From positions 1 through 43,890 of the IMG/VR virus record IMGVR_UViG_3300045988_042144: DNA of 43,890 nucleotides. The stretch is one strand, 5' to 3'. A program made the position numbers and the translations under genes. Below the pieces are notes generated by a model that saw nothing but the letters and a program-made list of their open reading frames with translations, was not told the DNA's origin and did no database searches. The stretch comes from a virus. Of this stretch, positions 1 through 7,800 are shown piece after piece. How positions within the stretch are numbered: the first letter of the stretch is position 1; each line of letters starts with the position of its first letter.

Positions 1-102
1 ATCTTTTTTGCGTTGCTCCTCCATGCAGTCCGGGCAATATTTTTGCATCCCACTGTTGAGGACGTAAGGTTTTCCGCACGCCTCACAGATATACGTCCTT
101 CC
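1..102. repeat. Terminal overlap: nt 1-102 identical to nt 43789-43890, consistent with a circular or circularly permuted molecule of about 43,788 bp
   Basis: Direct comparison of the first and last 102 nt; a minus-strand ORF is in frame across the junction. Confidence 0.85.
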
Positions 103-366
103 AAGCTCCCGCGCGTGCCCCGCAGCCTTGGCTTGCTGGTGCAGCCGCGCTCTCTCTAGGTCGCGCTCACGCTTGCAGTCCGGGCATCTCTTGGCACTGG
201 GCCCGCCGATAAATTTCCGACCGCACTCGGTGCAAATGCGTTCAACTTTTTTGCCCTTGTGGATTGCTTTTTGCTGGCACTCGTCGCAAAGTTTTTGATA
301 CCGAGTAGGGTGCGGGATTGGGGTCCCGCACTCTCGGCAAATAACGTTGGCTCTGATCTCAGGCAT
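1..366 (-). CDS. 5' part (N-terminal 122 aa) of a ~390-aa multi-zinc-ribbon protein; the ORF runs off the left edge and continues at 43788..42982
   Basis: Start codon complement at 364-366 with GGAGGTG RBS upstream (minus strand); hand translation MPEIRANVICRECG...CDEC...CTECG...CPDC...CEACG...MQKYCPDCMEEQRKKD; last 16 codons identical to the start of ORF 42982..43836. Confidence 0.6.
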   Translation of the reverse strand, partial: MPEIRANVICRECGTPIPHPTRYQKLCDECQQKAIHKGKKVERICTECGRKFIGGPSAKRCPDCKRERDLERARLHQQAKAAGHARELGRTYICEACGKPYVLNSGMQKYCPDCMEEQRKKD

Positions 367-1096
367 TCGGCACCTCCGTTGGCTGGAGGTATTCGCCGCC
401 CAGCGTGCAGCCTGTGCCGATTGTGCAGTCGGCACCAAGCGTACACCAGTCATCGAGCGTGCAGCGGTCACAGAGACTGCAACCATCGCCGAGATCGCAA
501 CTGCAGCCTAGCTCACAACCGCAGCCCAGCTCGCATCGATCTCCCAGCTTGCAATCGTTGCCCAGCTCGCACTCAAGACCCAGCACGCACCCGTCACCGA
601 GTTCGCACGCACGACCGAGGCTGCACCAGTCTCCCAGCTTGCACTCATCCCCCAGCACGCACCTGTCGCCCAACACGCAGCGCTCGCCGAACTCGCAGTG
701 GTCACCAAATTCGCAGGCATCGCCAAACTCGCACTCGCGGCTCATCGAGCATCCGTCTCCAAACTCACAGCAGTCGCCGATCTTGCACTCTGGGAGCAGG
801 GTGCAGTAGCTTCCGAGCTTGCATCCTTCGCCGAGCTCACAGCGGTAGCCAAGCTGGCAGCCGTTTCCGATCACGCACTCATTCCCCAGCTTGCAGTAGC
901 TGCCCAGCTGGCATCTGTCGCCCAGATTCGCCCCGTCGCCCAGCTCACAAAGACGGCCGAAGGCCACCATGTGTGTGCCGTGAAAGTCGATCTCCGTGCA
1001 GTCAGTGCCGTCCGGGACGACCAGCTGGCCTATCCCATTGCGCTTCAGCGCGTCAAACTCGGCCTGCGTCATCTTGGTCCTAGTGATTTTTTCCAT
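359..1096 (-). CDS. Cys-rich hexapeptide-repeat protein: about 32 tandem LGxxCx units after a ~45-aa N-terminal domain; probable left-handed beta-helix; function unknown
   Basis: ORF track protein shows strict 6-residue periodicity (LGDRCQ LGSYCK LGNECV ...); AGGAGG RBS; paralogue of 40110..40814. Confidence 0.7.
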   Translation of the reverse strand: MEKITRTKMTQAEFDALKRNGIGQLVVPDGTDCTEIDFHGTHMVAFGRLCELGDGANLGDRCQLGSYCKLGNECVIGNGCQLGYRCELGEGCKLGSYCTLLPECKIGDCCEFGDGCSMSRECEFGDACEFGDHCEFGERCVLGDRCVLGDECKLGDWCSLGRACELGDGCVLGLECELGNDCKLGDRCELGCGCELGCSCDLGDGCSLCDRCTLDDWCTLGADCTIGTGCTLGGEYLQPTEVPNA

Positions 1097-1131
1097 TTTT
1101 TTGTCCTCCTTGATTTGTTGGTGGTGTGTGT
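1094..1131 (-). repeat. 38-nt translation-initiation leader, copy A (CATTTTTTTGTCCTCCTTGATTTGTTGGTGGTGTGTGT on the plus strand), filling the whole intergenic gap
   Basis: 37/38 identity with copy B at 1975-2012; contains AGGAGG and a CA-rich tract on the coding (minus) strand. Confidence 0.7.
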
Positions 1132-1520
1132 TACTCTTCGGATCGCGCGGCGGTGATCCGTGCGAGCTGGTCGGTCAGGACAGCGTATCCCAGCAGCATC
1201 TGGGTGTAGCTCGGGGCCTCACGGGCCTCACGAGTCTCCGAGCTGTCACGCTCCCAGTTCTCCACGCTCCGGCGCGGGATGCCGTAGGCGGCTGAAAAGT
1301 TGACCTGGGACATCCCGGTGATGCTGCGGATCGCGGCGATGCCGCCGTGCGACATGGTGTAGATCGCGTCCAGCACGCGGATGATGGAGGAGGTGTCATC
1401 CTCCCCGAATTCATCCATCCAGCCCTGCCAGCCGCGCTCGGCGATGTACAGGTCGTGCTGCTCGGGAGCGTACTCCTGAGCCGAGAACCAGATGCTGCGG
1501 AAGTCGTTGTAGGTGATCAT
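1131..1520 (-). CDS. 130-aa hypothetical protein with a C-terminal HTH-like segment (ITGMSQVNFSAAYGIPRRSVENWE)
   Basis: Internal ATG at residue 65 of ORF 1131..1712 preceded by TAAGGAGG; a 13-nt gap separates it from the upstream gene, suggesting coupling. Confidence 0.55.
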   Translation of the reverse strand: MITYNDFRSIWFSAQEYAPEQHDLYIAERGWQGWMDEFGEDDTSSIIRVLDAIYTMSHGGIAAIRSITGMSQVNFSAAYGIPRRSVENWERDSSETREAREAPSYTQMLLGYAVLTDQLARITAARSEE

Positions 1521-1533
1521 GCTGTTGTCCTCC

Positions 1534-1977
1534 TTAGTCACACTTGATGTAGTAGGTGATGTAGGCGTAGGTGGTGGTGTCCCAACGGGGAGAGCGCACG
1601 ACGTAACCTTCGCCGAATTTTCCGCGATACGGCTCAACGATGGGGCCGTTGACGCGGGAGACGTAACCACGGTAGCTGGCGGTGTGATGCAGATAGTAGT
1701 CAGGACTCGCATCCAGCTCCTCGACGGTCATCGCCGGGAATGTGTCGCTGATGTCGACGGCGCGGAACCCGGTGTTGTGGTACCACTCCGCAACCTTTTC
1801 CCAGTCGCTGGTGGCGGTGCGTCCGGCAGCCTGCTCGCAGCGGATGACGCTGCCGTCAGCCTTGACCTGGTAGCGGTACGCGCCGATGCGGAAATCGGTC
1901 TCGCCGTCGGCGGCGTGGTTGGTGATGGAGCGGATGGTGGAGTTGTTGATCATGGGGATGCGGTTGATTTTGAACAT
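1534..1977 (-). CDS. 147-aa hypothetical protein, first gene of the leftward cassette
   Basis: ORF with AAGGAGG RBS immediately downstream of a consensus promoter; no family recognised. Confidence 0.6.
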   Translation of the reverse strand: MFKINRIPMINNSTIRSITNHAADGETDFRIGAYRYQVKADGSVIRCEQAAGRTATSDWEKVAEWYHNTGFRAVDISDTFPAMTVEELDASPDYYLHHTASYRGYVSRVNGPIVEPYRGKFGEGYVVRSPRWDTTTYAYITYYIKCD

Positions 1978-2012
1978 TTTTTTGTCCTCCTTGACTTGTT
2001 GGTGGTGTGTGT
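1975..2012 (-). repeat. 38-nt translation-initiation leader, copy B
   Basis: Near-identical to 1094-1131 (one mismatch). Confidence 0.7.
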
Positions 2013-2072
2013 GGTGGTTGCTATTTGATGGCTCGGGATTTTTTCTTTTCCTCTCTCCCTTACCTTGATTAC

Positions 2073-2101
2073 ATTATACCACCAAATGAGTGGTATATCA
2101 A
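2073..2101 (-). promoter_or_regulatory. Near-consensus sigma-A promoter reading leftward (-35 TTGATA, 17-nt spacer, extended -10 TGgTATAAT) with an 8-bp perfect dyad TATACCAC-N7-GTGGTATA over the spacer and -10
   Basis: Reverse complement of 2073-2101 read directly; dyad at about 2075-2097. Confidence 0.6.
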
Positions 2102-2147
2102 CACCTTTTTGAAAAAAAGTGGTGAGATTTTCATTTTTTTTTTTGGC

Positions 2148-2765
2148 ATGATGGAGGCAGGAGGTGATATTGTGACGGAGCAGCAGGTGGATTGGGATCT
2201 GCTCAAGGGCGAGTATGCGACGCAGGACATCAGTCTGCGCCAGATCGCTGCCAAGTATCATCTCTCTCCCTATACAGTGCGCAGGAGGTCGGCTGCGGAC
2301 GGCTGGGTGGCCGCCCGCGAACAGTATCGCACAGAGCTGGCTCAAGAGATGTTGCAGCAAGCCAGCAAGGCAGCAGGGAGGAGCCGCGCGCAGAGTCTGA
2401 TCAAGCTCCAGCACGCCGCTGACCAGATGGTGGATGTGGTGGAGGCGTGTTTTCAGGACGCGACGCAATTTTATCGGTATATTGTAACCCAAAAACGAGG
2501 ATTTGATTCGGATGAGATCGAAAAGGAGTACGGCAAGCTAGACACCAAGGCCGTCAAAGACCTGACTGGCGCGATGCGCGATTTGGCTGCGGTGGTGCGT
2601 GACCTCTACGGTATTCCCACGCTGCCCCAGCAGTCGGCGATGGATCTGGCAGCTGAGCGTCTCAAGCTCGATCAGCGCAAGGCGGACGAGGCCGCTCACA
2701 AGGATGATGCGGCGGAGATCCGCGTTGTGATGGATGATCCCGCGCTGGAGGAGTACAGCTCATGA
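2148..2765 (+). CDS. terS: Terminase small subunit (HTH DNA-binding N-terminus)
   Basis: Position just upstream of and overlapping (ATGA) the large terminase; HTH-like ISLRQIAAKYHLSPYTVRRR; start could instead be GTG 2172 after GGAGGTGA. Confidence 0.6.
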   Translation: MMEAGGDIVTEQQVDWDLLKGEYATQDISLRQIAAKYHLSPYTVRRRSAADGWVAAREQYRTELAQEMLQQASKAAGRSRAQSLIKLQHAADQMVDVVEACFQDATQFYRYIVTQKRGFDSDEIEKEYGKLDTKAVKDLTGAMRDLAAVVRDLYGIPTLPQQSAMDLAAERLKLDQRKADEAAHKDDAAEIRVVMDDPALEEYSS

Positions 2766-4162
2766 TAGAGATGCATCTTCAGCCGCCGTCCGAGCGGCAG
2801 CGGCTGTTTCTGACCGCCCACACCAAGCACGTCGGCTATGGCGGCGCGCGCGGCGGCGGAAAGAGCTGGGCAGTGCGCACCAAGGCCAAGCTGCTGGCGC
2901 TGCGCTACCCCGGCATCCGTATCCTGATCGTGCGCCGGACGTACCCGGAGCTGATCAACAACCACATCCTGACCCTTCGGCAGGATCTGCTGGGCATCGC
3001 GGTCTATAATGACAAGGACAAACGGCTCAAATTTGCGAATGGCTCCTCCATCAACTTTAGCTACTGCGCGCGGGATCAGGACCTTGACCGCTTGCAGGGC
3101 GTGGAGTACGACGTGATTTTTTTAGACGAGGCGACGCAGCTGTCCCAGCATCAGGTCGAGGTCATTGCCGCGTGTTTGCGCGGCGTGAACAACTACCCCA
3201 AGCGGATGTACTACACCTGCAACCCCGGCGGACAGGGGCACGCCTACTTCAAGCGCATTTTTATCGACCGCAAGTATCAGCCGGGCGAGGACCCGGAGGA
3301 TTACACATTTATTCAGGCGCTTGTGACGGACAACGCGGCGTTGATGGCCTCCCAGCCGGACTACATCAAGCAGCTGGAGGCTCTTCCGCCCAAGCTGCGC
3401 GAGGCGTGGCTGTATGGGCGATGGGATGTATTCGAGGGGCAGTTTTTCGAGGACTTCATCGATCCCGGCGACGGCGCGGAGATCGGAGAGGAGCAGCACA
3501 CCCACATCGTCAAGGCATTCGTGCCGCCCAAACACTGGCGGCGGTATCGGAGCTTTGACTTTGGCTACGCCAAGCCGTTTTCGGTGGGCTGGTGGGCGGT
3601 GGATGAGGATGGTGTGATGTACCGCATCTTGGAGCTGTACGGCTGCACGGAGACTCCCAACGAGGGCGTTAAGTGGACCCCTGACAAGATATTTGATGAG
3701 ATTCGGCGCATCGAGCGGGAGCACCCGTACCTGAGAGGCTGCAAGGTGGACGGCGTTGCAGACCCCTCCATCTGGGACTCTTCGCGGGGTGTGAGCGTGG
3801 CGGATGTTGCCGCCAAGCACGGCGTGTATTTTGAGCCGGGGGACAACGCACGCATTCCCGGCTGGATGCAGGTGCATTACCGGCTGGCGTTTGACGAGGG
3901 CGGCAAGGCGATGATGTATGTATTTGAAGGCTGCAAGGCCTTCCGCCGCACGATCCCGCTGCTGTCCTACTCGGAGACCAAGCCGGAGGACTTGGACACC
4001 ACGCAGGAGGATCACGTCGCGGACGAGGTCAGATACTTCTGCATGCTCTCACCGCTGCCCCCGCGCGTGGTAACAGAGCCGATTGCGCCGCAGTACGACC
4101 CGCTCGACAGGGACAAGGACATCACCGAGGTCAAGGACAAGTACAGCATCTTCCGCTTGTGA
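2762..4162 (+). CDS. terL: Terminase large subunit (ATPase/nuclease)
   Basis: Walker A GYGGARGGGKS and Walker B DVIFLDEA; 466 aa; canonical position. Confidence 0.9.
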   Translation: MIEMHLQPPSERQRLFLTAHTKHVGYGGARGGGKSWAVRTKAKLLALRYPGIRILIVRRTYPELINNHILTLRQDLLGIAVYNDKDKRLKFANGSSINFSYCARDQDLDRLQGVEYDVIFLDEATQLSQHQVEVIAACLRGVNNYPKRMYYTCNPGGQGHAYFKRIFIDRKYQPGEDPEDYTFIQALVTDNAALMASQPDYIKQLEALPPKLREAWLYGRWDVFEGQFFEDFIDPGDGAEIGEEQHTHIVKAFVPPKHWRRYRSFDFGYAKPFSVGWWAVDEDGVMYRILELYGCTETPNEGVKWTPDKIFDEIRRIEREHPYLRGCKVDGVADPSIWDSSRGVSVADVAAKHGVYFEPGDNARIPGWMQVHYRLAFDEGGKAMMYVFEGCKAFRRTIPLLSYSETKPEDLDTTQEDHVADEVRYFCMLSPLPPRVVTEPIAPQYDPLDRDKDITEVKDKYSIFRL

Positions 4163-4183
4163 CGGATTTGGAGGGATATATAG

Positions 4184-6295
4184 ATGGCAAGACGCAGACA
4201 GGAGGCAGGGCAGCAGGGGCTGCCGATGGAGGAGCAGCAGATCGGAGGCGTTCCGCAGCTCGGCGCGGGGCAGCAGGTTGTGCCGCCTACGCCGGAAGAA
4301 GGTATTGCGATGCTGCAGAGCGACCCGACGATGACGGCGGGCATGGCAGCCGCAGCGCCGATCGCCGCCGAAGGCGCTGCAGGTGCTGGCGTAGACCTGC
4401 CCGGTGCGGCGGCGGAGGCAGCTGCATTGGCGCAGCCGGGGCCGATTGGCCGAGAAGAGATCGCGGAGGCCATGGCCACGCTGCGCAAATACAAGGAGGG
4501 CAAGGTCGCGCTCGAGCAGCGAATTGTCGAAAACGAGGACTGGTGGAAGCTCCAGCACTGGCGGCAGATCAAGCGCGGCGCGAAGAACCCCGGAGACCCG
4601 GAGCCCGCGTCCGGCTGGCTGTTTAATTGCATTGCTAACAAGCACGCAGATGCGATGGACAACTACCCGGAGCCCAACGTGCTGCCGAGAGAGCGTGACG
4701 ACGAGGCCGATGCCAAGCTCCTCTCCAGCATCCTGCCTGTGGTGCTGGAGCAGAACGATTATGAGCAGGCCTACAGCGATATGTGGTGGTATAAGCTCAA
4801 GGCGGGCACGGGCGTGATGGGCATCTTTTGGGACGCGCGCAAGGAGAATGGTCTGGGGGACGTGGACATTCGTCCGCTCGATCTGCTCAACCTGTTCTGG
4901 CAGCCGGGGATCACCGACATACAAAAGAGCCGCAACCTCTTTCACGTGGAGCTGATCGACCGGGACGTGCTGCTGCAGCAGTACCCCGGCCTCAAGGACC
5001 CGAGCACCTACGCATCGCTGGACGTGGCCAAGTACGTCTACGACGACAACATCGATACCACGGACAAGTGCATCGTGGTGGACTGGTACTACAAACTTCA
5101 AGGCGAGGACGGGCGCACGGTGCTGCACTACTGCAAGTTTACCGGCGAGACGGTGCTGTATGCTTCGCAAAACGATCCCGTGTACGCCGCCAAGGGCTAC
5201 TACGACCACGGCAAGTACCCGGTGGTGTTCGACACGCTCTTCCCCGAGGAGGGCACACCCGCGGGATTTGGCTACATCGACGTGTGCAAGGACGCGCAGA
5301 TCTACATCGACAAGCTGGATCAGGTCATTCTCAAGCACGCGGTGATGGGTAGCAGGCCGAGGTTCTTTGTCAAGGGAGACGGCAACATCAACGAGGCGGA
5401 ATACGCCGACTGGACAAAGGACTTTGTCCATTATTCCGGCAACGGCGATCCCAACGAGTCCATTATGCCCGTTGAGATTCCCAACCTTTCGGAGGCGTAC
5501 CTCAACGTACGTTCCCTTAAGATCGACGAGCTTAAGGAGACGAGCGGCAACCGCGACTTTTCTCAAGGCGGCACGTCCTCCGGCGTGACGGCGGCTTCCG
5601 CCATCGCCGCGCTGCAGGAGGCGGGCAGCAAGCTCTCCCGCGACATGATCAAGTCCGCCTACCGTTCGCATGCGGCGGTGTGCTACATGGTCATCGACCT
5701 GATGCGGCAGTTTTACACCGAGAGCAGGTATTTTCGCATCGTCGGTGAGCGCGGCCAGATGGAGTTTGTGCAGTTCACCGGGCGGCAGATCGCCGAGAAA
5801 CCCTTGGGGCCGGAGTACGGACTCAACGAGGGCTTCCGCGTGCCGATCTTCGACATCAAGGTCACGGCGCAAAAATCCTCGCCGTACTCAACCGTCGTCG
5901 AAAACGAGCGCGCCAAGGAGCTGTACGGCATGGGCTTCTTCCGCCCCGACCTCGCAGATCAGGCGCTGGCGGCGTTGGACATGATGACGTTTCAGGGTAA
6001 GGAAAAGGTGCGCGAGACGATTGCCAACAACGGCACGATGTACCAGCAGCTGCAGATGATGCAGCAGCAGATGGCGCAGATGGCCGCGATCATCGACGCG
6101 CAGAATGGTACGACAATCACGGACAACATGCTGGCCTCGTGGGGTCAGGGCGGAGGCGAATCCGCGCAGGGCAATGCGGACCGCGACGGCAAGGAGACCA
6201 CGTCGGACGCATACGGCAACGCGACCAAGGAGGACACGACGAGCTTGGCAGGTAAGGCTAGGACGCGGGCGGCCTCGGCGGCATCGCCCGCGTGA
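4184..6295 (+). CDS. Portal protein (703 aa, podovirus P22-like size)
   Basis: Position after terL; large size; Gln/Met-rich helical C-terminal tail; GGAGGGA RBS. Confidence 0.7.
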   Translation: MARRRQEAGQQGLPMEEQQIGGVPQLGAGQQVVPPTPEEGIAMLQSDPTMTAGMAAAAPIAAEGAAGAGVDLPGAAAEAAALAQPGPIGREEIAEAMATLRKYKEGKVALEQRIVENEDWWKLQHWRQIKRGAKNPGDPEPASGWLFNCIANKHADAMDNYPEPNVLPRERDDEADAKLLSSILPVVLEQNDYEQAYSDMWWYKLKAGTGVMGIFWDARKENGLGDVDIRPLDLLNLFWQPGITDIQKSRNLFHVELIDRDVLLQQYPGLKDPSTYASLDVAKYVYDDNIDTTDKCIVVDWYYKLQGEDGRTVLHYCKFTGETVLYASQNDPVYAAKGYYDHGKYPVVFDTLFPEEGTPAGFGYIDVCKDAQIYIDKLDQVILKHAVMGSRPRFFVKGDGNINEAEYADWTKDFVHYSGNGDPNESIMPVEIPNLSEAYLNVRSLKIDELKETSGNRDFSQGGTSSGVTAASAIAALQEAGSKLSRDMIKSAYRSHAAVCYMVIDLMRQFYTESRYFRIVGERGQMEFVQFTGRQIAEKPLGPEYGLNEGFRVPIFDIKVTAQKSSPYSTVVENERAKELYGMGFFRPDLADQALAALDMMTFQGKEKVRETIANNGTMYQQLQMMQQQMAQMAAIIDAQNGTTITDNMLASWGQGGGESAQGNADRDGKETTSDAYGNATKEDTTSLAGKARTRAASAASPA

Positions 6296-6309
6296 AGGAG
6301 GGACGGCAC

Positions 6310-6660
6310 ATGATTAAGGCGTTGATTGCACGGGATGCTGGATGCTCCCGTTACACGGTAGACATCGAGGGGCATGCGGAATTTGCCGAAGAGGGCAAGG
6401 ACATCGTCTGCGCGGGAGTCTCTGCGCTGGCGATGGCGGCGGTCAAGACGCTGTCCACGCTGGAGGAGGCGGGGATGTGCAGGGTGACGGCGTGCGATAT
6501 GCCCCAGCCCGGCTCCCTCCATCTGGAGACGGAGGTCGACGAGGGCGCGCAGAAGGTCAGCATCATGACGGTGATCTCGATGCTGGCGCATGGGCTGGAG
6601 GGGATTGCGCAGCAGTACCCCGACAACATCCAGCTGGCCATCGATGCCCCGCAGGAGTGA
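6310..6660 (+). CDS. prp: Prp-like cysteine protease (ribosomal L27 / capsid-processing protease family)
   Basis: GHAEFAEEGKDIVCAGVSA matches the Prp His/Cys dyad region (S. aureus Prp ...GHADHGEYGHDIVCAGASA); about 117 aa; AAGGAGGG RBS. Confidence 0.75.
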   Translation: MIKALIARDAGCSRYTVDIEGHAEFAEEGKDIVCAGVSALAMAAVKTLSTLEEAGMCRVTACDMPQPGSLHLETEVDEGAQKVSIMTVISMLAHGLEGIAQQYPDNIQLAIDAPQE

Positions 6661-6676
6661 GCAAACAGAAGAAATT

Positions 6677-6711
6677 GCGCGATGTGGTGAGAAACCGCAC
6701 CGCGCTTTTTT
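6677..6711 (+). terminator. Putative intrinsic terminator or attenuator between prp and the scaffold gene
   Basis: GC-rich bulged stem (GCGC..GGTG / CACC GCGC) followed by T6. Confidence 0.35.
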
Positions 6712-6826
6712 CATAATTGAGTTAGACGCTGGGGAGAGACCCAAGAAAGACAGCCGGACAGACGGCGGGCTCCGGGGAAAGACCCGAGATGACACTTCGG
6801 ATAGACGATGATGGAGGTGTGCATAC

Positions 6827-7777
6827 ATGATGCACGAGATTTTCGGTCTGCAGTTCTTCGCCGGTGGCGGCGGCGGTGGTGGTGCCGGAGGCGGCGCGGG
6901 CGGCGGTGCAGCCGGTGGTGCGGGAGCGGGAGCCCCTGCGGCAGAGGGCACGGCGGCAGCGGAATCGCTGGAAAATGTGCAGTACGGCAAACAGCCGGAG
7001 CAGGCACAGAGCGACCCCATTCGCCCTGAAAAGGCGGCAGAACCCCCGGACCGAAAGAAAGCGTTTGAGGCGCTGATTAAGGGCGAGTACAAGGATGAAT
7101 TTGCCGAACGTACGCAGCAGATCATCAACGACCGCTTTAAGCAGACCAAGACGCTGGAGACGCGGATGCAGCAGCTCGATCCCGTCCTGCAGATGCTGGC
7201 CGACAAGTACGGCGTGGACGATCCCTCTGACGTGGAGGCGATCTCCAAGGCGATTCAGGACGACGACAGCTACTACGAAGATGAGGCCGATGAGAAAGGT
7301 CTGTCCGTGGCACAGCTCAAGGAGTTCAAGCGCATGGAGCGGGAGAACGCCGAGTTTAAGCGCATGGCGGAGGAGCACGACCGCCAACAGCACGCGGACA
7401 TGATCTACCAGCAGTGGATCGACCAGTCCGAGCAGGTCAAGCAGATCTACGGAGACTTCGACCTCCGCGAGGAGATCGGCAACCCGGAGACCGGCGAGCG
7501 CTTTATGGGGCTGCTTCGTAACGGCATCGATGTCAAGACCGCCTATGAGGTGCTCCACAAGGACGACATCATCGGCGGCGCGATGCAGTACGCGGTGCAG
7601 CGGACCGAAAAGCGCGTGGCCGACACCATCCGCGCTCGCGGCATGAGGCCGCAGGAGAATGGCGCAGGCGGCAACGCCACGGCCATGATCCACAAATCTG
7701 ACGTTAATTCGCTGACCAAGCGCGACCGCGACGAGATCGCCCGGCGCGTAAGACGGGGAGAGAGAATCACGTTCTGA
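6827..7777 (+). CDS. Scaffolding protein with N-terminal Prp-type cleavage motif (MMHEIFGLQFFA|GGGG), a poly-Gly/Ala linker and an acidic coiled-coil body
   Basis: Position between portal/prp and capsid; composition; LQFFA motif identical to the L27 cleavage site. Confidence 0.7.
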   Translation: MMHEIFGLQFFAGGGGGGGAGGGAGGGAAGGAGAGAPAAEGTAAAESLENVQYGKQPEQAQSDPIRPEKAAEPPDRKKAFEALIKGEYKDEFAERTQQIINDRFKQTKTLETRMQQLDPVLQMLADKYGVDDPSDVEAISKAIQDDDSYYEDEADEKGLSVAQLKEFKRMERENAEFKRMAEEHDRQQHADMIYQQWIDQSEQVKQIYGDFDLREEIGNPETGERFMGLLRNGIDVKTAYEVLHKDDIIGGAMQYAVQRTEKRVADTIRARGMRPQENGAGGNATAMIHKSDVNSLTKRDRDEIARRVRRGERITF

Positions 7778-7800
7778 TCTCCCCACAGAAAGGAGAAAAG

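Noticed and set aside
1-102. Direct terminal repeat (T7-like DTR) interpretation of the 102-nt end identity
   Set aside because: The repeat lies inside a coding sequence that is in frame across the junction, and the genome carries an integrase and attP. A circularised assembly or circular permutation is the simpler explanation.
405-809. Plus-strand ORFs with Ser/Pro/Gln periodic sequence (405..809, 259..1083, 698..1156) and minus-strand 508..726
   Set aside because: They are alternative-frame read-outs of the 18-nt periodic DNA that encodes the Cys-hexapeptide repeat on the minus strand. No independent start signals.
6860-6935. (GGN)n simple-sequence tract as a non-coding repeat or slippage hotspot
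   Set aside because: It is in frame within the scaffold gene and encodes a poly-Gly/Ala linker. It is still noted as a possible length-variation site.
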